Positions 1 through 9,771 are shown, counted from the first letter of the stretch. The stretch: 64,000 bases of DNA from Gemmatimonas sp. (GCA_965279375.1 OZ257156.1:736001-800000); one strand, 5' to 3'. The notes: generated from the letters alone by a model not told the origin. A program made the numbers and translations.

Positions 1-2
1 TC

Positions 3-566
3 GAGCGCGGCAAGTGGGTGATGGAAGTGATGCTCAACAGTCCGCCACCACCGCCGCCTCCGGGCGTACCCGATCTCGAGGCGACGCCAGACAACAACGG
101 TGGGCGTCCGCTCACGGTGCGCGAACGGATGCTCCAGCATCGCGCGAATCCCGCGTGCAGCTCCTGCCACAAGATGATGGATCCGATCGGGCTGGTGCTC
201 GAGAACTTCGACGTGACCGGCCGCTGGCGCGTGCGTGACAACGGCATGCCCATCGACTCGCGAGGCGATCTGTGGGATGGCACCAAGGCACAGAGTCTCC
301 CCGAGCTGCAGGGCGCGCTGCTGCGTCGCCAGGAAACGTTGTTGCGCACCTTCACGCGCAATCTGATGGTGTACGGGCTTGGCCGACGCGTCGAAGCCTA
401 CGACATGCCCACCATTCGCCACATCGTGCGCGATGCCTCGCGCGAGAACCACAAGTTCTCGGCGTACGTGCTTGGCATCGTGCAGAGTCCCGCCTTCCAG
501 ATGCAGCGTGCACCGGATGCCTCTCCACAGGTATCCGCGCCGCAGTCGACTCCTCCCTCCCGCTGA
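3..566 (+). CDS. DUF1592/DUF1588/DUF1585-type cytochrome c-like protein, C-terminal part (5' end outside window)
   Basis: Open frame from window edge: RGKWV..PPPPPP..RERMLQHRANPACSSCH..DPIGLVLENFD..YGLGR; CxxCH; directly upstream of a DUF1552 gene. Confidence 0.9.
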   Translation, partial: ERGKWVMEVMLNSPPPPPPPGVPDLEATPDNNGGRPLTVRERMLQHRANPACSSCHKMMDPIGLVLENFDVTGRWRVRDNGMPIDSRGDLWDGTKAQSLPELQGALLRRQETLLRTFTRNLMVYGLGRRVEAYDMPTIRHIVRDASRENHKFSAYVLGIVQSPAFQMQRAPDASPQVSAPQSTPPSR

Positions 567-577
567 GGTCACGCCCG

Positions 578-1960
578 ATGGCGATCATCGTTCGGCAGCC
601 GCTCGACCGTCGCACCTTCCTGCAAGGGATGGGGGCGATGGTCGCGCTGCCGTATCTCGACATCATGCGACCGCTCGGCCGGCTTGGCACGACCGCCGCG
701 AACGCAGCCGACCCCACGCGCATGCTCTTCATGGAGATGGTGCACGGTGCGGCCGGGTGCAGTCCGTTTGGCCTAACCGAGCATCTCTGGTCGCCACCGA
801 CAACGGGATCAGAGTTTGACCTGAGTCGCACGTCGCTCTCGCCACTCGAACCGTGGCGCAAGCAGCTCACGATCATCAGCAACACCGATGTGCGCATGGC
901 CGAGGCGTACAAGTCTGAGGAAATCGGCGGTGATCATTTTCGCTCGAGTGCGGTGTTCCTGACGCAGTCCCATCCGACGCAGACGGAAGGGTCGGACGTG
1001 TATGCAGGCACGTCGCTCGACCAGATGTATGCCAAGCGATTTGGACAAAGCACGCCCATTCCCTCGATGCAGCTGTGCATCGAGCCGCTCGATCGCGCCG
1101 GCGGTTGCGCCTATGGCTACTCGTGCATGTACACGGATTCGATCAGCTGGGCATCGCCCACCGAACCGTTGCCGATGATCCGCGATCCGCGCGTCGCGTT
1201 CGAACAGCTGTTCGGTGTGGGTGGTACGGCCGCCGAACGGGCATCGCGAACGCGCAGTACGGGGAGTGTGCTGGACTGGATCACTACGCGTGTCGGACAG
1301 CTCAAGCGGGAGCTTGGCACCGCCGACCGCGCGCGCATGGATCAGTACCTCGACAACATCCGCGAAATCGAGCGGCGCATTCAGAAGGTCGAGTCGCGCA
1401 ACAGCAGCGGCGAAGCGCGTGAGCTAGCGGGTGCGCCTACGGGCGTGCCGGATTCTTTCGACGAGCACGTGAAGATCATGTTCGACCTGCAGGTGCTGGC
1501 GCTGCAGAGCGACATGACACGCGTCTTCTCCTTCAAGCTGGGGCGCGATGCGTCAGCGCGTGTCTATCCCGAGAGCGGCGTGATGACCGGCTTTCATCCG
1601 TCGTCACATCACGGCAACAACCCCGCCCGCGTGCGCGAGTTCGCGGAGATCAATCGCTATCACGTCGGTCTCCTGCCTTATCTGCTGGAAAAGTTGAACA
1701 CAACCATGGACGGCGATCAGCCGCTGCTGGCCAAGACCGCGATCGTGTACGGCTCACCGATGTCGGACAGCAATACGCACAATCACCGCCGCTGCCCGTT
1801 GCTGATTCTGGGCGGCGCCAACGGTGCGCATCGTGGGAACATGCACCTCAAGGCCCCCGACGGCACGCCGATGGCCAACGCCATGCTCAGCCTCATGCAT
1901 CACGTGGGGATGGACGATCTGCATTCGTTCGGCGACAGCACCGGCGAGTTCACCTTCTGA
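578..1960 (+). CDS. DUF1552 (HXXSHH) family protein, Tat-type signal
   Basis: ATG 578; LDRRTFLQG..VALPYLD, SISW..PLP..DPRVAFEQLF, FHPSSHH, terminal FGDSTG. Confidence 0.92.
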   Translation: MAIIVRQPLDRRTFLQGMGAMVALPYLDIMRPLGRLGTTAANAADPTRMLFMEMVHGAAGCSPFGLTEHLWSPPTTGSEFDLSRTSLSPLEPWRKQLTIISNTDVRMAEAYKSEEIGGDHFRSSAVFLTQSHPTQTEGSDVYAGTSLDQMYAKRFGQSTPIPSMQLCIEPLDRAGGCAYGYSCMYTDSISWASPTEPLPMIRDPRVAFEQLFGVGGTAAERASRTRSTGSVLDWITTRVGQLKRELGTADRARMDQYLDNIREIERRIQKVESRNSSGEARELAGAPTGVPDSFDEHVKIMFDLQVLALQSDMTRVFSFKLGRDASARVYPESGVMTGFHPSSHHGNNPARVREFAEINRYHVGLLPYLLEKLNTTMDGDQPLLAKTAIVYGSPMSDSNTHNHRRCPLLILGGANGAHRGNMHLKAPDGTPMANAMLSLMHHVGMDDLHSFGDSTGEFTF

Positions 1961-2006
1961 CCAGACATCGGGATCGCCAGTCATGCGCGCTGTGAAGAGG
2001 CCTGAA

Positions 2007-3887
2007 ATGATGCGTTGGTGTGCCGTACTGTTGCTGCCGCTGAGCGCGTATGCGCAGGACGCCACACCGCCGGTGTCGTTGAATGCGGTGCCATCACGCT
2101 CGACGTCGACCAGCACCGGATCGTTGGCCGACGCCGCAATGCGTGGCGATCTGCCTAACGTTCGATCACTGCTGCAACGCGGCAGTGACGTGAACGCAGC
2201 GCAGGGCGATGGTCTCACCGCGCTGCACTGGGCCGCCATGAAGGGCGACACGGGGATGACACGCCTGCTGCTGCGAGCCGGTGCCCGCCTCACGTCCACA
2301 ACGCGTATCGGCGCCTACACGCCGCTGCATGTCGCCGTGCAGAACGCGGCCGGACCCGTCGCACAGATGCTGCTGGCCGCCGGGGCGGACGCGCGGGCGC
2401 TGACCAGCGAGGGGGTATCGGCATTGCATCTCGCCGCGATGGCGGGCGACACGCGCATCATCGCTGCGCTGCTGCGCGGCGGCGCCGACGTCAATGTCAC
2501 CGAACCGACGTGGGGGCAGACGCCGCTCATGTTCGCGGCGGAGCGCGGTCGCACCGACGCGGCGCGCGCTCTGCTCGCTGGTGGTGCCAACTGGCGGCAG
2601 CTTGCACGCACGTACGATCCGATGGTCAGCGCAGCGCAGGATCGTCAGGCCAAGCTCGCACGCAACACGACGCTGGCCGCGCTGCGCGAGGCACAGGGCG
2701 CGTCGAAGGTCGCCGGCTGGCAACCCAACTCCCAGCAGGTGCAGGCCGCGGTGCGGGCTGCGAGCGAGGTGGAGCGACGAAGTGCCAGTGCGGGCGCACT
2801 GGCCGACGCGGCGAATGCGACAGCCGCTGAAGAGGCTCGTTTGGCGGCGCAGGGTGGCCCCGGTTTGGACGATGACTCACCGGGATACACGGAGCTGCTG
2901 GGCGCGCAGGGCGGTCTCTCGGCATTGCTGCTGGCCGTGCGGGAGGGACGCGTGGAGACAGTGCGGGCACTCATCGCCGCGGGCGCCGACATCAATCAGG
3001 TCAGCGGAGGTGATCACACCAGCCCGCTGCTGATGGCGGCCATCAACGGGCAGTACGACGTTGCGATGCAGCTGCTCGCGGCCGGGGCGGACCCCAACAT
3101 CGCCAGCGACGCCGGTGCCACGCCGCTCTACGGTGTGCTCAACAAGGAGTGGGCCCCCACGTCGCGCACGCCGCAGCCGGCGTATCACCTGCAGCAGCGC
3201 ACGAGCTACCTCGAGCTCACGGAAGCGCTGCTCAAGGCCAAGGCGAATCCCAACGCGCGACTTGCACGGTCGCTTTGGTACACCACCTACAATCGCGACA
3301 ATCTCCGCGTCGATTTTGCTGGCGCGACACCATTCTTTCGCGCGGCCTACGCCACCGATCTGCCGGCGATGCAGCTGCTGCTGCGCTACGGCGCGGACGC
3401 CTCCATCGGCACCATCAAGCCCGTGCCCGCTGCACGTCGCGCGGCGGCACCTGCCACCGCTGCCGCCCCGGTGCGCCAGGATCCGTCGGGGCTCGCGCCG
3501 GTACCCGCGGGCGGGCTTGGCATTCTCCCCATCCACGCGGCATCCGGCGTGGGATACGGACAAGGCTTTGCCGCCAACGACCATCGGCACGCAACCGACG
3601 GATGGTTGCCGACCGTTCGCTTTCTCGTGGAGCAACTCGGTGCAGATGTGAACGCGCGCGACTTTGCCGGCTACACGCCGTTGCACCACGCCGCTGCGCG
3701 CGGCGACAACGAGCTGATCCAGTATCTCGTGTCCAAAGGCGCAGATGTCAAAGCCGTCGCACGCAGCGGCCAGACCACAGTCGACATGGCCAACGGTCCC
3801 GTGCAGCGCATCTCACCGTACCTCGAGACAGTCAAGCTCCTCGAACAGCTGGGCGCGAAGAACAATCACAAGTGCGTGTCGTGCTGA
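2007..3887 (+). CDS. Secreted ankyrin-repeat protein with terminal CxxC
   Basis: Signal peptide (..LSAYA/Q), many G-x-TPLH/TALH ankyrin repeats, ends NNHKCVSC; start 2007 or 2010 after GAAGAGG. Confidence 0.9.
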   Translation: MMRWCAVLLLPLSAYAQDATPPVSLNAVPSRSTSTSTGSLADAAMRGDLPNVRSLLQRGSDVNAAQGDGLTALHWAAMKGDTGMTRLLLRAGARLTSTTRIGAYTPLHVAVQNAAGPVAQMLLAAGADARALTSEGVSALHLAAMAGDTRIIAALLRGGADVNVTEPTWGQTPLMFAAERGRTDAARALLAGGANWRQLARTYDPMVSAAQDRQAKLARNTTLAALREAQGASKVAGWQPNSQQVQAAVRAASEVERRSASAGALADAANATAAEEARLAAQGGPGLDDDSPGYTELLGAQGGLSALLLAVREGRVETVRALIAAGADINQVSGGDHTSPLLMAAINGQYDVAMQLLAAGADPNIASDAGATPLYGVLNKEWAPTSRTPQPAYHLQQRTSYLELTEALLKAKANPNARLARSLWYTTYNRDNLRVDFAGATPFFRAAYATDLPAMQLLLRYGADASIGTIKPVPAARRAAAPATAAAPVRQDPSGLAPVPAGGLGILPIHAASGVGYGQGFAANDHRHATDGWLPTVRFLVEQLGADVNARDFAGYTPLHHAAARGDNELIQYLVSKGADVKAVARSGQTTVDMANGPVQRISPYLETVKLLEQLGAKNNHKCVSC

Positions 3888-3921
3888 GTCGGGCGCGCAC
3901 CCTGCCGCGATGTTGGGCGCG

Positions 3922-4287
3922 TCAGCCCGTGGACAGCACGAACTGATTCCCCTCGCTGTCCTTGAAGATCGCCGAGGTGCCCCACGATTCGACCTTGGGC
4001 TCCTTCACGAATTCCACGCCGGCTGCCTTGAGCTCGTGGTACGTCGCCACGACGTCGTCGCACTGGAAGGACAGATTCATGAAGCCGCCGATCCAGGCTT
4101 CCTGTCCCGGTGCGGTGAACAGCACGACACCGGTCTGCGCGCGCGGAATGCTCAATTCGATCCAGCGCTGACCGGGTCCCATCGGCGAGTCCGTCGCGAC
4201 GCGGAACCCCAACTTCTCGGTGTAGAACGCGAGCGCTCGATCCTGATCGAGAACGGGAATGTTAATGAACTTGACTTGCTTGATCAT
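3922..4287 (-). CDS. VOC/glyoxalase family protein
   Basis: IPVLDQDRALAFYTEKLGF...FKDSEGN; ATG 4287. Confidence 0.9.
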   Translation of the reverse strand: MIKQVKFINIPVLDQDRALAFYTEKLGFRVATDSPMGPGQRWIELSIPRAQTGVVLFTAPGQEAWIGGFMNLSFQCDDVVATYHELKAAGVEFVKEPKVESWGTSAIFKDSEGNQFVLSTG

Positions 4288-4380
4288 GCGCGCGAAGGGA
4301 GAGAGTGACGACGTGTGAAGTTCAGCGGTCGACGACACCATCGCGCAGCGAGAAATGGCGCGCAAGCCGCGCAAACGTTA

Positions 4381-4401
4381 CTATGGCAAACATTGCCATA
4401 G
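4381..4401. promoter_or_regulatory. Palindromic operator CTATGGCAA-N3-TTGCCATAG
   Basis: Perfect 9-bp inverted repeat between divergent VOC and HTH genes, touching the GGAG RBS of the HTH gene. Confidence 0.65.
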
Positions 4402-4410
4402 GAGCCCGCG

Positions 4411-4710
4411 ATGCTGGTAGCACTCGACGCGTACATTTTCGACACGCTGATGGCCGATCTGGTCGGGCACGATCGCCAACCGTCAGCGTATCTCGTCTAC
4501 CTCGCGCTCGCCCGCCGTACACTCGGCGCCAACCGGACGCAGATCGCCATCGCGCTGCAGGACATCGCCGAGGCCACGGGGTTGTCCAAGCGCACCGTGC
4601 AAGCGGCACTCGCACATCTCGTTCGGCGTCGCTGTCTCTCGGTCTCGCGAGAATCGGTGACTGCGGTACCGACGTACACCGTGCTGCGTCCATGGCGCCG
4701 CGGGTCGTGA
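4411..4710 (+). CDS. Small winged helix-turn-helix protein
   Basis: LQDIAEATGLSKRTVQAALAHL HTH pattern; GGAG RBS. Confidence 0.8.
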   Translation: MLVALDAYIFDTLMADLVGHDRQPSAYLVYLALARRTLGANRTQIAIALQDIAEATGLSKRTVQAALAHLVRRRCLSVSRESVTAVPTYTVLRPWRRGS

Positions 4711-4732
4711 CACCGCCGCGCGCCATTCGCAC

Positions 4733-4948
4733 TCACTCCAACTGCGCGTACGACTCGAGGTAGCCGCACTTGGAGCAGCGATACGTCGTGATGACATGGC
4801 GTTCCGCACGCGGCACGCGGATTCCCGTCCAGAATGACTTCTTTGGCTCCCCCTCGGCCCACTGCGCCTGGCCCGTCGCGCCATACGTCTCGTCGAGAAT
4901 GAATCCGTTGTCCATGGCGCCGGCGCACTTCGGGCACGTCTTCGTCAT
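4733..4948 (-). CDS. Small zinc-ribbon protein (DUF6487-like)
   Basis: CPKC..M..GF...YRCSKCGYLESYA; 71 aa. Confidence 0.8.
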   Translation of the reverse strand: MTKTCPKCAGAMDNGFILDETYGATGQAQWAEGEPKKSFWTGIRVPRAERHVITTYRCSKCGYLESYAQLE

Positions 4949-4964
4949 CTGTCCGTCCTCGGCT

Positions 4965-6020
4965 TCAGGGTGAGCGAGGAAGATACTCGGGCACAGGTGA
5001 ACCGACGATGATCGGCGGTCCGTTGCCCGCATAGCCACTGCGCGCAAGAATGGATTCCGCGTCTTTCAGAGCGATGAGGTCCCTGATCGCCTGCGACTTG
5101 TCCGCGGCCTGGTTGTAGTACGCCTGCGCAATGCGATAGCCCATGAAGTATCCCAGGTCGCCGGGCCATGCGGGCGTCCCGCTCTCCTGATTGTAGAGCC
5201 ACCGACTGGCGTCCGTACCTGAACGCTCACGCGCGAATGCGGTCCAGAACTCCTGCTCGCGGCTTTGCCATGCCGCGTAGAATGCGATGAACGTCGGCAC
5301 GCGCGCCGACAAGGAGCCTACGAATTCTGCGATGCCCTCGTTCATGGCGCGCGCCAACAGCGTTGCATTGCTCGATCGTCCGCTGCTTCCGGCGGCTCCC
5401 TGCAACAGATGCACATGCTCGTGTGCAATCAGCGCCGGCAGCTCGTTCGACCACGACTTCTGATTGTTGCGGCCGAAGGAGTTCAGCTCGGCGGTCGGCG
5501 CGAGTGCATCGGTGCCGAAGAACTCGATGCCGATGAAGACGCCGTTGCGCCCCACGGTCCCGCCGGTGCTGTAGCGGCCCATGAGGATGGTGACCGGCGG
5601 GAAGAACGCATCCGGATACAGTTGCTTGATGCGGGCGTAGTTCGAGCGTACCTGCGAGAAGACCGGGTCACGTGGTGTGATCGTCGGCCACCAGCTCCGT
5701 AGTGCTTCCAGGTAACGTGGGAATGCAGTCGCCACCTGCGTGAGCGACGCGGCAGTCACCGAGCGAAGTCCAATGAACTCGGAGAGCGGCACCGATGCCG
5801 AATCGAGGTAGATGCGCTGAAAGACCGCGCCCTGCCCTACGCGACCGCCGGCGTCGTAGGCGCGCCAGTAGCGATCGACGTCGGCCGTATTGAACTGCGC
5901 CTGCGCGGGATCGCTCGGGTAGTCGGCGGGATTGGGCCCCGTACTCGAGTCGCCGCAGCCAAGCAGCAGTACGGCCAGCAGCGCACGGCACAGGTGGAGA
6001 CTGGGACGAGTCACGGACAT
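4965..6020 (-). CDS. Lipoprotein, DUF2268-like putative Zn-dependent protease
   Basis: Lipobox LLGC; AHEHVH..EGIAEF; GDLGYFMGYRIAQAYY. Confidence 0.8.
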   Translation of the reverse strand: MSVTRPSLHLCRALLAVLLLGCGDSSTGPNPADYPSDPAQAQFNTADVDRYWRAYDAGGRVGQGAVFQRIYLDSASVPLSEFIGLRSVTAASLTQVATAFPRYLEALRSWWPTITPRDPVFSQVRSNYARIKQLYPDAFFPPVTILMGRYSTGGTVGRNGVFIGIEFFGTDALAPTAELNSFGRNNQKSWSNELPALIAHEHVHLLQGAAGSSGRSSNATLLARAMNEGIAEFVGSLSARVPTFIAFYAAWQSREQEFWTAFARERSGTDASRWLYNQESGTPAWPGDLGYFMGYRIAQAYYNQAADKSQAIRDLIALKDAESILARSGYAGNGPPIIVGSPVPEYLPRSP

Positions 6021-6427
6021 TCGTTCGGCGTTAGGCTGGAAACGGGCGGGCGGCTCGCGATGGGAACGCGACCTCTCAAGGTTGACTGCATCAGCCGGCG
6101 AATCGTTTGGACGACCGCCTCAGTCGCGCCCCTCCGTACGGAGGTCCGTTGGATCCGGTTTGCGATTCGAAGCATCTCCCGCGAGGCGGAAGGGCTGGCG
6201 GGGCGTCGCTCACCCCTTTCCGCATAACGGAATGCGGTCAGCGGCATTCGTTGAGGTGACACAACATGTGGTGTGGACTCCCCCCAACGCATACAGACGC
6301 GACTGCGACGGATCCGAATGGATTTCGAGCCGGCTGGGCGAACCTACCGTTTGTCGGCATATGGAAAATATTCTCCAATAACGCTTTATGAGTCAGCCAT
6401 GATATTGGTGTGATGTAGGACACCGAC

Positions 6428-6443
6428 CGGCACGGAGTTTGCT
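6428..6443 (+). promoter_or_regulatory. sigma54 (-24/-12) promoter
   Basis: CGGCACGGAGTTTGCT = GG-N10-GC, near consensus TGGCAC-N5-TTGCW; 80 nt upstream of the PEP-CTERM gene, after an AT-rich tract. Confidence 0.75.
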
Positions 6444-6523
6444 GGAAAGTGGTCAGCTTTTTGTGCAACGCGATCAGTGCCCGAACAACACTGATACTCC
6501 CCGTCCCCCACCGTCCTCCACCA

Positions 6524-7267
6524 ATGCTTCAGACTCTACTCCGTCGTTCCGCTCTTGCCGCAGGGCTTGCTGCGGCTTCACTGGCCGCGCCGGCCGTCGC
6601 GAGCGCTCAGAGCGGCTTCTGGGCGCAGGTGCAGGTTGGCAGCCCTCTGGCCGGTTACGGCCTCAACAACGGCGCCTACGTCGCCACGGGCACGATCACG
6701 GGCCTCAACGGCAACACCGTCGGTTCCGGCTTCTCGGGACTGAACATGGTCATCGACAAGTTCTTCTGCACCGACCAGCAGAACACCATTTCGTTGCCGT
6801 CGACGTACATCGCGTGGATCTCGTATATCTCGCCGAACTCGAACATGAGCCAGACGCGTATCGGATCGCGCAACCCGGCCAGCCCGGTGGGTCCGAATAC
6901 GATCTATACGCTGAACGCCAGCTTGGCCAACACGATCACCCTCCCGGCCAACAACGCGAGCCAGGCGGTGAAGAACGCGACCTACGCCGCCAACAACACG
7001 GCGCAGTCGCAGATCTGGAACAACGCGCAGCAGCCGTCCACGCCGAACTACGGCAACTCGTCGTTCAACACGAACGGCTGGTTCGTCGTCACGGCGCCGC
7101 CGGGTCAGGGCCAGTTCGGTGGCACGCAGGAACTGCTCGCCTACTCCAGCACGGTGCAGACGCTCAGCACGGTGCCGGAGCCGGGAACGTATGCCCTGCT
7201 CGTTCCGGCGCTGCTCATCGTTGGCGGCGTCGCTCGCCGTCGTCGTTCTGTCGCGCAGCTCGCCTGA
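6524..7267 (+). CDS. PEP-CTERM exosortase-sorted surface protein, putative thioester domain
   Basis: Signal peptide (..ASA/Q); C-terminal VPEPGT + hydrophobic helix + RRRR; Asn/Thr/Ser-rich; FCTD, AQSQIW and TQELL motifs. Confidence 0.92.
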   Translation: MLQTLLRRSALAAGLAAASLAAPAVASAQSGFWAQVQVGSPLAGYGLNNGAYVATGTITGLNGNTVGSGFSGLNMVIDKFFCTDQQNTISLPSTYIAWISYISPNSNMSQTRIGSRNPASPVGPNTIYTLNASLANTITLPANNASQAVKNATYAANNTAQSQIWNNAQQPSTPNYGNSSFNTNGWFVVTAPPGQGQFGGTQELLAYSSTVQTLSTVPEPGTYALLVPALLIVGGVARRRRSVAQLA

Positions 7268-7280
7268 TTGCGTAACTGAC

Positions 7281-7351
7281 CAGTGTCGCCGCACTCGGCG
7301 ACACTGCAGTAAAAAGAGAGGCGCTGAGCGAACCCGCTCAGCGCCTCTCTT
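7281..7351. terminator. Double hairpin, probable bidirectional terminator
   Basis: 11-bp stem 7281-7306 and 17-bp perfect stem 7314-7351 with A5 tract at 7311; lies between convergent genes. Confidence 0.8.
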
Positions 7352-7402
7352 CGCATTTGGCCCCGTCGGCCATGTACTACTTAAACTGGCGCTTGAGTGC
7401 TT

Positions 7403-8548
7403 CTACGCTGGCACTCGTGTGGCGCCAAATGCGAGCAGAAGTGCCGCCACAATCAACGTCGACATGGCCATGGTCAACGACGTTGCGTGCGCAATGGCGC
7501 CAATGATCGGCGGACCCACCATGAATCCCACATAGCCGATGGAGGACACCGAGGCAATCGCCGCCGCGCGACTCACTCCCGGCGCGCGCGTCGCTGCGTT
7601 GTAGAGGATCGGGACGATCGTGGCGAGCCCCGCACCAACCACCGCAAACCCGGCAATCGCCGCCCACGGCTTCGACACCAGCAGCACCGCCGCCATCCCC
7701 GTCGCAGCCAAGAGAGGGCCGCTCCGCAACATCACGCGCTCGGACACCCGCGCGCGAATGGCGTCTCCGGCGGAACGGGTCACCGCGGTCGCGCCCGCGA
7801 AGGCGACGTACGCCAGCGCTGCGACTTCCTGCGGCGCCAACAACTCCTGTGTGACGTACAGAACACTCCAGTTGTACATCACGCCTTCGGCCAGCATGCC
7901 GCAGCACGTCAGTAGCCCGACCACGAGCAGGCTGCCCCTCGGCCAGGCGAACACCGCGTGCGCACCGTCCGCCACGGGATGCGCCTCGAGCATGCCGCGC
8001 GATGCCACCGCAATGCACAGCGCGACCACCACACCAGCCGTGAGCAGCTGCACCCAGCCCGCCACGCCAGCGCGCAACATCAGTGCAGCCGACGCCGCAC
8101 CGAACATGCTCCCGACGCTGAACATGCCGTGAAAGCCGCTCATCACCGCGCGCCCACCCAGCACCTCCAGCATGGTGCCTTCGGCATTGATGGCGACATC
8201 GAACACCGATTCACCCGCGCCCAGAAGCAGCATGCCCGCGAGCAACGCGGGGAAGGTCGGCATGACGAGCGCCGTCGCGAGCGCGGCACAGAAGGCCACT
8301 CCCGCCAGCACCGACGCCCTTCGAGCGCCCAAACGCGCCACGATCCGTCCGGCGGCAAAGAGCATCGAGAGCGAACCGACGCTCGTGGCAAGCAGCACCA
8401 CCGCCAGGACGCGCTCGTCGAGGAGATAGTGCTCCTTCACTGTCGGCACGTGCACGCCCCACGTCCCGCCAACGAAGCCAAGCAGCAGGAACTGCGCGCG
8501 CGTCGACCAGCGCGCGCGCGACAGCTCCCCGTCGCTACGGACGCTCAA
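7403..8548 (-). CDS. MFS transporter
   Basis: About 12 hydrophobic segments, GRIVARLGARR, DVAIN..MSGFHGMFS, GYVGFMVGPPIIG; TTG start overlapping upstream TGA. Confidence 0.88.
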   Translation of the reverse strand: MSVRSDGELSRARWSTRAQFLLLGFVGGTWGVHVPTVKEHYLLDERVLAVVLLATSVGSLSMLFAAGRIVARLGARRASVLAGVAFCAALATALVMPTFPALLAGMLLLGAGESVFDVAINAEGTMLEVLGGRAVMSGFHGMFSVGSMFGAASAALMLRAGVAGWVQLLTAGVVVALCIAVASRGMLEAHPVADGAHAVFAWPRGSLLVVGLLTCCGMLAEGVMYNWSVLYVTQELLAPQEVAALAYVAFAGATAVTRSAGDAIRARVSERVMLRSGPLLAATGMAAVLLVSKPWAAIAGFAVVGAGLATIVPILYNAATRAPGVSRAAAIASVSSIGYVGFMVGPPIIGAIAHATSLTMAMSTLIVAALLLAFGATRVPA

Positions 8549-9771
8549 GCGGCATGTGCTGGCGACAGCGCCGCCTTGAGTGCCGCCGCGAATCGCGGCG
8601 CGTCCGCCGTCTTGAGACCGCAAATCCCCACGCGCAGTCCCTCAGGGATCGGCACGACGAACACGCCGGCGGCCTGCAAGCGCTCGCACACTGTCATCGA
8701 GTCTGCCGCGTCGATCGTCACGAAGAAGCCACCATCCCAAGGCGCGCCCGCCAGCCCCTCGGCGATCAACGCTGCGTCGAGCGCATCGGCGCGCTCGGTC
8801 AGCTGGCGAGTCCAGAACGCATGTTCGGTTGCCAGCGCGAGCCGGGCCTGTTCATCCTCCTGCATGCGCAGCAGGACGCTCATCGGCGCGCGCGCGCAGT
8901 TGGAGAAGGTCCCGCGACAGCTGGTCGCCAGTGCACCGGCGAGCGCCTTGTCATTCGACCACGGAAACACCAGCGCGCCGGCGCGCGCGCCGTAGATCGT
9001 GAATGCCTTGCTCAGGCTCAAACACGCGCCCACCAGCACCGTTTGTTCCGCACCGAAGGCTGCATAGTCCTGCAGTGCTTGCTCCACCGCGTTGGGATCG
9101 CGCGCGTAATCCAGATACGCCAAGTCCAACAGCAGTGTGACCGGTCCACGCGCCGCGACCTCTCGGAGCATAGCCAGCAGTCCCGCTCGATCAGCGGCGC
9201 TCAAGCTGCGCCCAGTCGGGTTGTGGCAGGGGTCGTTGAGCCAGACCAGCAACCGTCCCTGCGAGCCCAGCAGGCTTTCCGCCTTGGCGCGCCACGCTTC
9301 GATGTCCAGCGCCTCACCAGCAGACGGAAAAGGCGCCGTCTCCAGAAGCACGCCGTTCTCTACGGCCAGCGTGCTGTAGGGTCCCCAGAAGGGCGCCGCA
9401 GTCAGCAGTCGATCGCCGGGCTGCAACAGGTTCCGCAGCGACAACGCCAAGGCGCCGGTCCCGCCGGGCGTGGCGACGCCGACACCATACGTGCTCAACC
9501 CGGGCCACTGACGTCGAGTCAGAGCCAGCAAATACGCCGGATCGCCCATGATCGGTGCGTACGGCGCGAACTCTTTCGGCGTGAGTTTTCCGTATAGCGC
9601 TATCACACTTTCGAGCACAACAAGCGCGCCGTTGTCATCGAGCAACGCGCCGACGGTCGCATTGATGACCGAGTCGCCCGCTGCTGCTCGCCGTTGCGCC
9701 GCCGAGTTGAGCGTGAAGATGATATCGGAACCATCGAACGACGCGCGCGAGGGGAGCAGCTGAGGAATCAT
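8545..9771 (-). CDS. PLP-dependent aminotransferase class I/II
   Basis: INATVG, TPGGTGAL, NDPCHNPTG, DLAY, SLSKAFTIYGARAG. Confidence 0.9.
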   Translation of the reverse strand: MIPQLLPSRASFDGSDIIFTLNSAAQRRAAAGDSVINATVGALLDDNGALVVLESVIALYGKLTPKEFAPYAPIMGDPAYLLALTRRQWPGLSTYGVGVATPGGTGALALSLRNLLQPGDRLLTAAPFWGPYSTLAVENGVLLETAPFPSAGEALDIEAWRAKAESLLGSQGRLLVWLNDPCHNPTGRSLSAADRAGLLAMLREVAARGPVTLLLDLAYLDYARDPNAVEQALQDYAAFGAEQTVLVGACLSLSKAFTIYGARAGALVFPWSNDKALAGALATSCRGTFSNCARAPMSVLLRMQEDEQARLALATEHAFWTRQLTERADALDAALIAEGLAGAPWDGGFFVTIDAADSMTVCERLQAAGVFVVPIPEGLRVGICGLKTADAPRFAAALKAALSPAHAA

